From Bacillales bacterium (lineage in GTDB: Bacteria > Bacillota > Bacilli > Paenibacillales > CANHCR01), in assembly GCA_947459205.1 (NCBI GenBank), contig CANHCR010000001.1, forward strand, positions 74,870 to 138,869: DNA of 64,000 nucleotides. Direction: 5' to 3'. Under the pieces are notes generated by a model that did not search any database, had not been told where the DNA came from, and saw only the letters and a list, made by a program, of their open reading frames with translations. Position 1 is the stretch's first letter. Every line of letters begins with the position of its first letter. A program made the position numbers and the translations under genes. Of the stretch, positions 28,580 through 38,218 are shown piece after piece.

Positions 28580-28942
28580 ATGGGCAATCGTATTCTCGTT
28601 GTTGATGATGCTGCTTTTATGCGCATGATGATCAAAGATATACTGGTTAAGGCCGGTTATGATGTTTGCGGCGAAGCGAATGACGGCATACAAGCGGTCG
28701 AGAAGTTTCGTGAACTTCGCCCTGACCTAATTACGATGAATATTACGATGCCTGAGATGGACGGAATTACTGCATTGCAGGAAATTCGAAAAATCGACGG
28801 TGGTGCGAAATTCATTATGTGCTCCGCGATGGGGCAACAACAAATGGTCATTAAGGCGATTAAATCCGGTGCAAAAGACTTTATTGTCAAACCGTTCCAA
28901 GCGGATCGCGTCTTAGAAGCGGTGAAAAAAATAATCGGGTAA
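28580..28942 (+). CDS. cheY: CheY-like single-domain response regulator with Asn at the phospho-acceptor position
   Basis: About 75% identical by eye to B. subtilis CheY (ILVVDDAAFMRMMIKDILVK...MPEMDGITAL...IMCSAMGQQ.MVI.AI..GAKDFIVKPFQADRVLEA). Codon 54 is AAT (28739-28741), where CheY proteins have GAT/GAC. Confidence 0.9.
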   Translation: MGNRILVVDDAAFMRMMIKDILVKAGYDVCGEANDGIQAVEKFRELRPDLITMNITMPEMDGITALQEIRKIDGGAKFIMCSAMGQQQMVIKAIKSGAKDFIVKPFQADRVLEAVKKIIG

Positions 28943-28954
28943 AGGGTTTTCGAA

Positions 28955-29638
28955 TTGAGACACTTTGTTCATTTCCTAAATAAAATATTGGTTCTAAAGC
29001 TTTCGATGATATTGTTTGTTTCGATAGTTTGCGCTTCTTCCTTCACTGTATTTGCACAAGAAGCGAAAAAAAGTGAACAATCACAAACAGAAACGCAAGG
29101 TGTACAATTTAGAGATTCCGGTACTGTGCCGGATGAAGTCGAATTGAAAGAACCGATGTCAGGTGCCGAAGTTATTTGGATGCTCATAAGAGTATTACTC
29201 GCTTTGGCACTTATTGTTGTTCTTATTTATGTGTTAATCCGCTTTCTCTCGCGAAAGACGCGTAACTATGACTCTCCTCGCAAGCTGAGGATCATTGCAG
29301 CAATCGGATTATCACCACAAAAGTCGATGCAGGTGGTAGAAGTCGGTCACAAACTGTATGTACTAGGTGTCGGACAAGATGTCGTTGTGTTAGATAAAAT
29401 CGAGCACCCGCAAGAAGTAGCGGAGTTAATCGAAATGATGGACATGACGAATCTTGAGAACCAAGTCATGATCAATTGGCGCGAGCGGATATTGTCTTTG
29501 TTTAAAAAAAAAGACGTGACGAGTGAAGAACTGGACATTGAGGATTATGAAAAATTGTTCTCGGAACAATTAAGAGAAGCGACTGCAAGAGAAAATGCTG
29601 AGGATCAGCCTGCTGAAGAAAACAAGGAGCGATTGTAG
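28955..29638 (+). CDS. fliO: Flagellar biosynthesis protein FliO (FliZ of B. subtilis); start uncertain
   Basis: 227 aa with a signal-like N-terminus and a central TM (VIWMLIRVLLALALIVVLIYVLIRFL). Position immediately upstream of fliP. Confidence 0.65.
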   Translation: MRHFVHFLNKILVLKLSMILFVSIVCASSFTVFAQEAKKSEQSQTETQGVQFRDSGTVPDEVELKEPMSGAEVIWMLIRVLLALALIVVLIYVLIRFLSRKTRNYDSPRKLRIIAAIGLSPQKSMQVVEVGHKLYVLGVGQDVVVLDKIEHPQEVAELIEMMDMTNLENQVMINWRERILSLFKKKDVTSEELDIEDYEKLFSEQLREATARENAEDQPAEENKERL

Positions 29639-29643
29639 GAATC

Positions 29644-30411
29644 ATGAAAAAACAATGGATACTGCTTGTTATCTTATTGCATTGTGTACTTTTTGTTACA
29701 ATATCCGGACAAGCGATGGCTGCTAACAGTTCAACCGTTATTCCTGGGTTAAATGTAACACTGGGCACATCAGATGAGCCCGCGGACGTCTCCAACACAT
29801 TGTCGATTATCGCCTTAATTACAGTTTTAAGTATTGCTCCATCAATCATCATCATGATGACCAGTTTTATTCGGGTTGTCATTGTTTTGGGTTTTGTACG
29901 TACAGCTTTGGCTACAAACCAAATGCCGCCAACTCAAGTTTTGGTCGCCATCGCTTTATTCATCACGCTGTTCGTGATGGCCCCGACTGTAGGCAAAATT
30001 AATGAAGTCGCTTTACAACCTTTACTTAAAGGCGAAATATCACAGACCGAAGCATTAGACCGCGCTTCAGTGCCAATGAAGCAATTCATGGCCAAACAAA
30101 CCCGCGAAAAAGATTTGATGTTGTTCATGAACTATTCGAAAGCGGAGAAACCAAAATCAGTGGAAGACATTCCTTTGACGGCGCTCATCCCTGCTTTTGC
30201 AATTAGCGAACTGAAGACCGCATTTCAAATGGGCTTTATGATATTCATACCATTTATCGTAATCGATATGATTATTGCCAGCGTGCTGATGGCAATGGGG
30301 ATGATGATGTTACCGCCTGTCATGATTTCACTCCCGTTTAAAATTTTGCTGTTTATATTGGTAGACGGTTGGTACCTTGTCGTCAAGTCTTTACTTCTAA
30401 GTTTTCAATAG
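29644..30411 (+). CDS. fliP: Flagellar export apparatus protein FliP
   Basis: Conserved TSFIRVVIVLGFVRTALATNQMPPTQVL and GFMIFIPFIVIDMIIASVLMAMGMMMLPP. Confidence 0.95.
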   Translation: MKKQWILLVILLHCVLFVTISGQAMAANSSTVIPGLNVTLGTSDEPADVSNTLSIIALITVLSIAPSIIIMMTSFIRVVIVLGFVRTALATNQMPPTQVLVAIALFITLFVMAPTVGKINEVALQPLLKGEISQTEALDRASVPMKQFMAKQTREKDLMLFMNYSKAEKPKSVEDIPLTALIPAFAISELKTAFQMGFMIFIPFIVIDMIIASVLMAMGMMMLPPVMISLPFKILLFILVDGWYLVVKSLLLSFQ

Positions 30412-30432
30412 CGATGTAGGAGGTAGTATACA

Positions 30433-30702
30433 ATGAGTCCCGAGTTTATCATCGGTCTTGCCGGCGACGCACTATACACAGTATTGAAAGCAAGTATGCC
30501 GATGCTTGTGGTTGCCTTAACGATTGGTCTCATTGTCAGTATCTTTCAGGCGACTACACAAATTCAGGAGCAGACATTAGCGTATGTCCCTAAAATTGTT
30601 GGCGTTTTACTTTCTATTTTGTTTTTCGGTCCATGGATTTTGACAACAGTATATGATTTTACTTATCAGCTATTAAATAATCTGTATAAATATATCGGGT
30701 AA
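30433..30702 (+). CDS. fliQ: Flagellar export apparatus protein FliQ
   Basis: 89 aa with two TMs; SIFQATTQIQEQTLAYVPKIV motif. Confidence 0.93.
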   Translation: MSPEFIIGLAGDALYTVLKASMPMLVVALTIGLIVSIFQATTQIQEQTLAYVPKIVGVLLSILFFGPWILTTVYDFTYQLLNNLYKYIG

Positions 30703-30707
30703 CAGAC

Positions 30708-31487
30708 ATGACATTATTCGTACTGCAATTTTTCCCGAATCTGTTGCTCATTTTTTGCCGAATATCAGCTTTTTTTGTAGTAGCGCCACTCTTCTCATCC
30801 AGATCGGTTTCTATCAAGTTTAAAGTCGGCGTTTCTTTTTTTATGACTTTGATCACGTTTTCGTCAATCGGTATGACAGAGCCAATTCCGATTGATAGTG
30901 CTTACTTCGCTTCCATCATCCGTGAAATTATGATGGGATTGGTTTTAGGGTATTTGGCACTTATGTTCTTCACAGCGATTCAAGTTGCCGGTACCTTTAT
31001 TGATTTTCAGATCGGATTCGCACTCGCGAGTGTCATCGATCCAATGACTGGAGCGCAAGCACCTGTTTTTGGTAACTTCAAGTATTATCTCGCGATCCTC
31101 ATCTTTTTATCGATTAATGCGCACCATTTTTTAATTCAAGGCATAATGCAAAGTTATGAATTTGTTCCGCTTGACGGTAATCTGTTTGCTAACATCGAAG
31201 CAGGCACAGTATCAAACTTCTTGGTTCAATCGTTTTCGACCGTGTTTATGCTAGCATTTCAAATGGCCACGCCGTTTATTGTCGTCATTTTCATGCTTGA
31301 TCTCGTGCTTGGTATTATGTCGAAAACGACGCCGCAGCTCAATATTTTTGTGGTTGGAATTCCTACGAAAATTTTAGTAGGCTTCATTGTATTCATCTTA
31401 ATTGCTTATGGATTAATCAGTATTTTCGAAGATTTGTTTGAAGACATGTTTAACGCGATGTATCAACTTTTGAGAATATTACAGTAG
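30708..31487 (+). CDS. fliR: Flagellar export apparatus protein FliR
   Basis: 259-aa polytopic membrane protein; GTFIDFQIGFALASVIDPMTG motif. Sits between fliQ and flhB. Confidence 0.9.
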   Translation: MTLFVLQFFPNLLLIFCRISAFFVVAPLFSSRSVSIKFKVGVSFFMTLITFSSIGMTEPIPIDSAYFASIIREIMMGLVLGYLALMFFTAIQVAGTFIDFQIGFALASVIDPMTGAQAPVFGNFKYYLAILIFLSINAHHFLIQGIMQSYEFVPLDGNLFANIEAGTVSNFLVQSFSTVFMLAFQMATPFIVVIFMLDLVLGIMSKTTPQLNIFVVGIPTKILVGFIVFILIAYGLISIFEDLFEDMFNAMYQLLRILQ

Positions 31488-31516
31488 TTACGTTTGGAAA
31501 GGTGGGTGTGCTTCAA

Positions 31517-32611
31517 ATGAAAACGTTTATCGACTGGAAACTTGATCTTCAGTTGTTTAACGGTGAAAAAACAGAAGCACCGACTCCGCGGAAACTAGAA
31601 CAAGCCCGCGAAAAAGGACAAGTCGCGAAGAGCATGGAAATTTCCAAGACTTTTATATTCTTGGGGATTTTCGCTTGTTTTTTCGCGATTCCAACGTTTT
31701 TCTTGGAACGCTTGATTTCTCTTGTTCGTACGCTGTTTAATACGAAATTAACGATGGACATCTCGATTCCGAACATTATTGAACTATTCGAAGGGTTACT
31801 CATCGATTCACTAATCATGTTAGCGCCTATATTTGCAATAACGATGATTATTGGCTTGGCAAGCGGTTATGTGCAATTCGGCTTTTTGTTTACGGTCGAA
31901 CCGCTCAAACTCAGTTTGAATAAAATCAACCCGATCAATGGTTTCAAACAAATTTTTTCACTCAAATCAGTCGTTGAGTTTATTAAATCGTTGATCAAGA
32001 TTACCGTGATTTTTGTGATTGGTTATCTCACGTTCTTGAATGAAAGAGAAACGATTTTGTCGATGGCGACTGTGCCGCTTGATGGTGTACTTAAATACAC
32101 CGTTCATACTGCCGTCGTGATGGGATTGCAAATTGCAACTGCGTTAGCTGTGTTGGCAATCCTCGATTATTTGTATCAACGCTACGAGCATTTCAAACAA
32201 TTACGCATGTCAAAGCAGGATATTAAAGATGAGATGAAGAATATATATGGTGACCCGTTAATTAAATCGAAAATTAAGCAAAAGCAGATGCAAGTTGCGA
32301 TGCAAAGAATGATGCAGGCCATTCCAACTGCTGACGTGGTCGTAACGAACCCGACGCATTATGCTGTTGCTATCAAATATGATCCTAAAAAAATGTCAGC
32401 CCCTGTGGTAGTTGCCAAAGGTGTTGATTATGTTGCTTTCAAAATACGCGAGGTTGCCACGAAAAATGACATCGTCATTATGGAGAATAAGCCACTGGCA
32501 CGAGCGCTCTATGATCAGGTAGAGATTGACCAACAAATACCTGGCGATTTGTTTAAAGCTGTTGCCGACGTATTTGCTTATGTATACAAAGTGAAGCGTA
32601 GAACGATGTAA
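31517..32611 (+). CDS. flhB: Flagellar export switch protein FlhB
   Basis: N-terminal FNGEKTEAPTPRKLEQAREKGQVAKS, four TMs and the autocleavage site VVTNPTHYAVAIKY. Confidence 0.93.
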   Translation: MKTFIDWKLDLQLFNGEKTEAPTPRKLEQAREKGQVAKSMEISKTFIFLGIFACFFAIPTFFLERLISLVRTLFNTKLTMDISIPNIIELFEGLLIDSLIMLAPIFAITMIIGLASGYVQFGFLFTVEPLKLSLNKINPINGFKQIFSLKSVVEFIKSLIKITVIFVIGYLTFLNERETILSMATVPLDGVLKYTVHTAVVMGLQIATALAVLAILDYLYQRYEHFKQLRMSKQDIKDEMKNIYGDPLIKSKIKQKQMQVAMQRMMQAIPTADVVVTNPTHYAVAIKYDPKKMSAPVVVAKGVDYVAFKIREVATKNDIVIMENKPLARALYDQVEIDQQIPGDLFKAVADVFAYVYKVKRRTM

Positions 32612-32634
32612 TGTAACGAAAGGAGCAAGCGAAT

Positions 32635-34674
32635 TTGAGGATTCAAGATTTAGTCGTATTGATCGGCATTATTCTCATCGTATTGATGATGGTCATTCCG
32701 ATTCCACTACCTTTGCTTGACCTTTTGCTAATTATCAACATTTCCGTTGCGATATTGATTTTACTTGTCGCAATGAATACGGAAGATGCCCTCAATTTTT
32801 CGATTTTCCCGACGTTGTTGCTCATTACAACGTTATTTAGGCTCACCTTGAATATTTCTACTACACGAAATATTTTGACTACAGGTGAAGGTGGCAGCGT
32901 TGTCGAAGCATTCGGTTCATTCGTGGCAGGCGGAAACATTGTCGTTGGTTTCGTTATCTTTTTGATTCTAGTGATTGTCCAATTTATCGTTATCACCAAA
33001 GGTTCAGAGCGGGTAGCGGAAGTTGCTGCGCGGTTTACGCTCGATGCAATGCCTGGTAAACAAATGGCGATCGATGCAGATTTGAACGCTGGCATTATCA
33101 GCGAACAGGAAGCGAAAGACCGTCGCGAAAAAGTTTCTCGAGAAGCCGATTTTTATGGAGCGATGGACGGGGGTAGTAAATTCGTTAAAGGTGACGCCAT
33201 CGCCGGTATTATTATCGTATTAATCAATCTTATTGGCGGTCTCATCATCGGTATGGTGATGATGGACATGCCATTTACTGAAGCGATGTCGACGTTTGCC
33301 ATTCTTACCATCGGTGACGGTTTGGTCAGTTCGATTCCGGCATTGCTTATTTCAACGGCAACCGGTGTCATTGTCACAAGGGCTGTATCCGAAGGCAATT
33401 TGGCATTTGACATGCAGTCGCAATTGTTCCGTTATCCGAAATTGTTATACATTGTTGCAGGTGCGATTGCTGGACTTGGATTGTTCACGCCGATTCATTT
33501 GTTGCCTTCGCTTGGAGTAGCTGGAGCGCTAGCATTTGCCGGTTTCCAAATGCAACGAAATCTCAAAAAAATCGAACTCGAAGAGTCGCGCCAGGAGGAA
33601 GAGCAAGAAATCGAAGAAGTGCGCTCACCAGAAAGTGTCGTCGGCTTGTTGCAAATTGATCCGATTGAATTTGAATTCGGTTATGGCTTGATCCCGTTAG
33701 CAGATACTCAACAAGGTGGAGACTTGCTCGATCGCGTCATTATGATTCGCCGTCAATGTGCGATTGAGATGGGGATTATCGTTCCAGTCATTCGGATTCG
33801 TGATAATGTTCAATTAAAACCAAATCAATATGTCATTAAAATTAAGGGTGACGAAGTGTCGCGCGGTGAACTTTTGCTCAACAACTACTTGGCAATGAGT
33901 CCTGGTATCGAAGAAGCAGACGATTCGATTACTGGTATCGAAACTGTCGAACCAGCGTTTGGACTGCCGGCTCTTTGGATCGATGAAGCAATGAAAGATC
34001 AGGCTGAATTCGCTGGCTACACAGTCGTAGATCCACCATCCGTCGTGGCAACGCATCTAACAGAGATCATTAAGCGTTTTGCACATGAGTTGCTCGGTAG
34101 ACAAGAAACCAAATCACTCATTGATAACATTAAAGAAACGCATCCTGCGTTGGTCGAAGAACTAATCCCAAGTTTACTTACGCTTGGTGAAGTACAAAAG
34201 GTACTGGTCAACTTATTGCGCGAGAAAGTATCCATCAAAAATTTAGTGCAAATCTTGGAGGCACTCGCAGACAATGTGATGTTCACCAAAGACACAGATG
34301 TACTGACGGAATACGTAAGACAAAGATTAGCACGCCAAATTACGCTCCAATATTCCAACGGAGAAGAACAATTAAAAGTGATTACACTTGGCCCTAAATT
34401 AGAGCGCAAAATCGCAGAATCGCTTCAACAAAGTGACCAAGGCATGTACGTTGCCTTAGATCCCTCTTCCAATCAAATGTTTATGCAAAGTCTCAATGAA
34501 CAAATCGAGAAGATGGTTCAGTTCGGCCAACAACCAATCATACTCAGTTCGCCGGCCGTACGTATGTACGTTCGTCAAATCTTAGAGCGAACAATGGCGG
34601 ATTTACCGATATTGTCATACAATGAACTTGATCCAAATGTTGAAATCCAGAGCGTTGGAGTGGTTAACTTATGA
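32635..34674 (+). CDS. flhA: Flagellar export gate protein FlhA
   Basis: 679 aa. FHIPEP motifs (ERVAEVAARFTLDAMPGKQMAIDADLNAG) and a C-terminal cytoplasmic domain. Confidence 0.96.
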   Translation: MRIQDLVVLIGIILIVLMMVIPIPLPLLDLLLIINISVAILILLVAMNTEDALNFSIFPTLLLITTLFRLTLNISTTRNILTTGEGGSVVEAFGSFVAGGNIVVGFVIFLILVIVQFIVITKGSERVAEVAARFTLDAMPGKQMAIDADLNAGIISEQEAKDRREKVSREADFYGAMDGGSKFVKGDAIAGIIIVLINLIGGLIIGMVMMDMPFTEAMSTFAILTIGDGLVSSIPALLISTATGVIVTRAVSEGNLAFDMQSQLFRYPKLLYIVAGAIAGLGLFTPIHLLPSLGVAGALAFAGFQMQRNLKKIELEESRQEEEQEIEEVRSPESVVGLLQIDPIEFEFGYGLIPLADTQQGGDLLDRVIMIRRQCAIEMGIIVPVIRIRDNVQLKPNQYVIKIKGDEVSRGELLLNNYLAMSPGIEEADDSITGIETVEPAFGLPALWIDEAMKDQAEFAGYTVVDPPSVVATHLTEIIKRFAHELLGRQETKSLIDNIKETHPALVEELIPSLLTLGEVQKVLVNLLREKVSIKNLVQILEALADNVMFTKDTDVLTEYVRQRLARQITLQYSNGEEQLKVITLGPKLERKIAESLQQSDQGMYVALDPSSNQMFMQSLNEQIEKMVQFGQQPIILSSPAVRMYVRQILERTMADLPILSYNELDPNVEIQSVGVVNL

Positions 34675-36059
34675 GAGTAAAACGTTATATCGTAGATACG
34701 ATGCCGGAAGCGATGAAAAAAATTCGCGAAGAACTAGGGAAAGACGCCGTTATTTTGAATCAGAAGGAAGTTCGTGTCGGCGGGTTCCTCGGCTTGTTCT
34801 CACAGAAGAAAATTGAAGTAGTGGCGGCTGTCGATCCGAGCATCCAGCAATCCAAACCGCGGCAACAGCAAGCGCCTGTAGCGACCACGCCGGTTCGGAC
34901 GCAAACCACCGCAATGACGCAATCGGCCGCTACAACATTGAATGTTGCAGGAGCAAATGCAGCATATGGCATCAATACAAATACACGAACAGAGGCAACC
35001 GCTCAAACGAATCCAGTGATTGCGACAACGGATGCAGGCAAACCTGCTTCCACTGCTACTGCGGCAGCGGTGGCCGTTGCTACCGAGCCAGATAAGCAAG
35101 GAACGCTTGTCGATGCAGTGAATGCGTCGGACAAATCGCAACCGAGCAAAGAAACAGTTGAAGAACCAAAACGTACAGATGAATCGGTGCTAAGTGAACT
35201 TCGTCAAATGAAGGAAATGATGCTGAAACTTTCGACAGCATCGCGCGAACAAAACCAAGACCATGAAAATATTCAGAAGATGATTGAACACCTCGAAAAT
35301 CAGGAGTTCGATTCGGTTCTCATCGAAGAAATCATCTTGCACGTGAAAAACCAATTGGAACAAAGCGGCATTGCTGACCCAGACGAAGAAACGGTGCGCA
35401 GTCTTGTGCGTGAACAATTGGAGAAAATCGTCTACAGTAATGGTGTCATGACAATCGCACCTGAAACGAAAATTGTCCATTTTGTCGGTCCGACTGGGGT
35501 CGGTAAAACGACGACGATTGCCAAACTTGCTGCGTTGCAAGTGCTTGAAAACAAACGCAAAGTAGGCTTCATTACAGCGGATACGTATCGGATTGCTGCA
35601 GTAGAACAGTTGCGCACCTATGCAAGCATCCTCAACGCGCCGATTGAAGTGGCGATGTCACCACAGGACCTGGCTCGCGCATACGAATCGATGAAAGATC
35701 TCGATATCATTTTCATGGACACGGCTGGACGAAATTTCCGCAATGAGATGTATGTTTCCGAGTTGAATACGATGTTGAATTCAAGTGAGCATTCGGAAAC
35801 GTATCTCGTGCTTAGTATGACGATGAAGTACAAGGATATGAAAGCGATTACCGAAAATTTCAGCCGGATTCGCATTGATCGACTGTTATTCTCTAAAATT
35901 GATGAATCCGCTTCATATGGTGCCATCGTGAATTTGATTCATCAGTTTTCCATTCCACTCTCTTATTTCACATTCGGACAACAAGTTCCTAATGACATCG
36001 AGGTTGTGAAAGAAGACCGCTTCGTCGGTCAGTTGATGGGGGAAGATACGAATGAATGA
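34671..36059 (+). CDS. flhF: Flagellar SRP-type GTPase FlhF (with an expanded low-complexity B-domain)
   Basis: G1 [17 protein letters not shown]3 DTAGR, G4-like SKIDE. ATGA overlap with flhA. Confidence 0.9.
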   Translation: MRVKRYIVDTMPEAMKKIREELGKDAVILNQKEVRVGGFLGLFSQKKIEVVAAVDPSIQQSKPRQQQAPVATTPVRTQTTAMTQSAATTLNVAGANAAYGINTNTRTEATAQTNPVIATTDAGKPASTATAAAVAVATEPDKQGTLVDAVNASDKSQPSKETVEEPKRTDESVLSELRQMKEMMLKLSTASREQNQDHENIQKMIEHLENQEFDSVLIEEIILHVKNQLEQSGIADPDEETVRSLVREQLEKIVYSNGVMTIAPETKIVHFVGPTGVGKTTTIAKLAALQVLENKRKVGFITADTYRIAAVEQLRTYASILNAPIEVAMSPQDLARAYESMKDLDIIFMDTAGRNFRNEMYVSELNTMLNSSEHSETYLVLSMTMKYKDMKAITENFSRIRIDRLLFSKIDESASYGAIVNLIHQFSIPLSYFTFGQQVPNDIEVVKEDRFVGQLMGEDTNE

Positions 36060-36942
36060 TCAGGCTCAAGAATTACGGCAAATGGTCAACAATGTCATTG
36101 CCAGCCAGGATCCGAATCGTAAGCAGACGAAAGTCATTACCGTTACGAGTGGCAAAGGTGGCGTAGGCAAGTCCAACTTCACGTTAAACTTCGCCTTGAT
36201 TTTACAAAGTTACGGGTATAAAGTACTGATTTTTGATGCTGATATCGGGTTTGCAAACATCGATGTATTGATGGGGATGACGCCACAGTATAATTTGCAC
36301 CATATGCTCAAACGAGAGAAGACGATTTGGGAAATCATCAATGTCGGTCATAATAACTTGCAGTTTATTGGTGGTGGCTCAGGATTCCAAGACTTGATTC
36401 GGTTATCCGAGAGTGAAGTCGAATATTTCGTATCACAAGTAAATCAATTGAACGGACATGTCGATTTCATCATCTTCGATACGGGTGCCGGATTATCCAA
36501 AGAAACATTGCGCTTTATCATCGCAGCCAACGAAACGATTGTGCTCACTACGCCCGAACCGACTTCTGTTATGGATGCGTATTCGATTATTAAAATGGTG
36601 CGCGCGATGAACTATAAAATCAAGTTTCAGTTGGTCGTCAATCGGGTTGCTGATGCGAAAGAAGGCAAGCAGACTGCAGACAAAATCAGCATGGTTTGTC
36701 AACGGTTTTTAAATATCGAATTGCCTGTTCTTGGATATGTACCTGACGATCTCAATGTCACGAAAGCGGTCAAAAAACAAGTCCCGTTTTCACTTGCTTT
36801 TCCGAACTCCGAAGCGACGCGTGGCGTCTCAAGCATTGTGCAGCGTTTTGTTGCCGGTCAAACGGCGTCGCCTGAACCTGAAACCGAAAACAGTGGTATC
36901 AAGGGCTTCTTAGGAAAGATGATGAAACTTTTGAAACAGTAA
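36052..36942 (+). CDS. flhG: MinD/ParA-type ATPase FlhG (YlxH)
   Basis: Deviant Walker A TSGKGGVGKSNFTLNFA. Overlaps the flhF stop. The C-terminal basic/amphipathic tail GFLGKMMKLLKQ resembles a membrane-targeting sequence. Confidence 0.88.
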   Translation: MNDQAQELRQMVNNVIASQDPNRKQTKVITVTSGKGGVGKSNFTLNFALILQSYGYKVLIFDADIGFANIDVLMGMTPQYNLHHMLKREKTIWEIINVGHNNLQFIGGGSGFQDLIRLSESEVEYFVSQVNQLNGHVDFIIFDTGAGLSKETLRFIIAANETIVLTTPEPTSVMDAYSIIKMVRAMNYKIKFQLVVNRVADAKEGKQTADKISMVCQRFLNIELPVLGYVPDDLNVTKAVKKQVPFSLAFPNSEATRGVSSIVQRFVAGQTASPEPETENSGIKGFLGKMMKLLKQ

Positions 36943-36973
36943 ATTACACAAACCATTAAGGGAGATTTGATCG

Positions 36974-37405
36974 ATGTACGGAACAATCGGCTGGAACTTC
37001 ATCATATCGGCGGTATCGGCGGTGCTGGCTTTTTTCGTATCACTTTCCAGCAACCTGTTTTTGACTGCGCTTATTCAATCGCTATATGTGTTCGGGATTA
37101 TGTTCCTTGTTGCGTTCATATTCCGTTTTCTGGTCGGATTACTCATCGCAATTAATTTGCCCGTAGATACGAATTTGGAGTTCACTTCGACGAATCAAAT
37201 TTTAGATGCAGGTGGCAACGTTAACATCCAAACTCCAAATAATGATGATTTCTTGCAAGATATTTTGCGCCAAAATTACATGAACAACGGTGAGGAGCAG
37301 CAACAAGACTTTTCACCGCTGAATCCTACGCGATTGTCGAGTGCGCCTGAGACTCAGGCAGATCCATTGGTGGAAGCTGTGCGTTCTTCACTTCGCCAAA
37401 ACTAG
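36974..37405 (+). CDS. Hypothetical small membrane protein (2 predicted TMs plus an acidic Q/N-rich tail)
   Basis: 143-aa ORF with GGGAG RBS. It occupies the slot where B. subtilis-type operons carry cheB-cheA-cheW-cheC-cheD. I recognise no family. Confidence 0.5.
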   Translation: MYGTIGWNFIISAVSAVLAFFVSLSSNLFLTALIQSLYVFGIMFLVAFIFRFLVGLLIAINLPVDTNLEFTSTNQILDAGGNVNIQTPNNDDFLQDILRQNYMNNGEEQQQDFSPLNPTRLSSAPETQADPLVEAVRSSLRQN

Positions 37406-37418
37406 GAGGTGACTGGGG

Positions 37419-38201
37419 ATGGTGGAAGGTAAACCTGCTGAGTTAACTTATGTTGATTTGTGGGTAAAATTCAAAGAAGAAGGTTCAGATGAAGCGCGCA
37501 AGCAGTTGATTGTTAACTACATGAAAATTGTTGACGTCGTCGTCAATCGGCTGGCGATTGGCTTGCCGAAGAACATATCTAGAGATGATTTGGCTGGATA
37601 TGGTATAATGGGCTTAATTGACGCGGTCAATCGCTTCGATCACAAACGTGGTTGGCAGTTTGAAACGTATGCTTCTTGGCGAATTCGCGGTGCTATCATC
37701 GACAGTCTCCGCCAAAGCGATTGGGTTCCACGCTCGATCCGCGAGAAGGCAAAACGAATTGAAGATGCCTACACTTCGCTCGAACAGAAATATATGCGTG
37801 ACGTCAAGGATGAAGAAATCTCAACGTTTTTGAATGTTTCGATTGATGAATTTCACAAAATGTTACAAGAAACCGCGATATCTACCGTGATCTCGTTTGA
37901 TGAACCAATCAAAGACGAAGAAACTGATTCGAGACTCTCTCTGCTGATTGACATCAATGCGGTCAATCCAGAGAGCAAAGTGAACGAAGTATTTCTGAAG
38001 GAGATTCTCGCGAAAACATTAGAAAAACTCACGGTCAACGAAAGACAGGTCGTCACTTTGTTTTATTTTGAGGAACTATCGTTGACTGAAATCGCAGATG
38101 TGATGAATCTTTCTCCTTCTCGTATTTCACAACTTCACTCGAAGGCTATCCTAAGATTAAGAGGTTCATTAGCAAGATTTAAATCGCAATTGTTTGTTTA
38201 A
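37419..38201 (+). CDS. sigD: Flagellar sigma factor SigD (FliA/WhiG family)
   Basis: Region 2 (YASWRIRGAIIDSLR), region 3, and region 4 HTH (LSLTEIADVMNLSPSRISQLHSKAILRLR). AGGAGG RBS. Confidence 0.92.
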   Translation: MVEGKPAELTYVDLWVKFKEEGSDEARKQLIVNYMKIVDVVVNRLAIGLPKNISRDDLAGYGIMGLIDAVNRFDHKRGWQFETYASWRIRGAIIDSLRQSDWVPRSIREKAKRIEDAYTSLEQKYMRDVKDEEISTFLNVSIDEFHKMLQETAISTVISFDEPIKDEETDSRLSLLIDINAVNPESKVNEVFLKEILAKTLEKLTVNERQVVTLFYFEELSLTEIADVMNLSPSRISQLHSKAILRLRGSLARFKSQLFV

Positions 38202-38218
38202 TCCGGAGGTGCATAGTC

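Noticed and set aside
36967-37155. 62-aa alternative-frame ORF overlapping the start of the 143-aa membrane ORF; likewise 15750-15959 overlapping the fliF start
   Set aside because: The overlapping longer frames have proper RBSs and sensible hydrophobic or known-family products, while the short frames do not.
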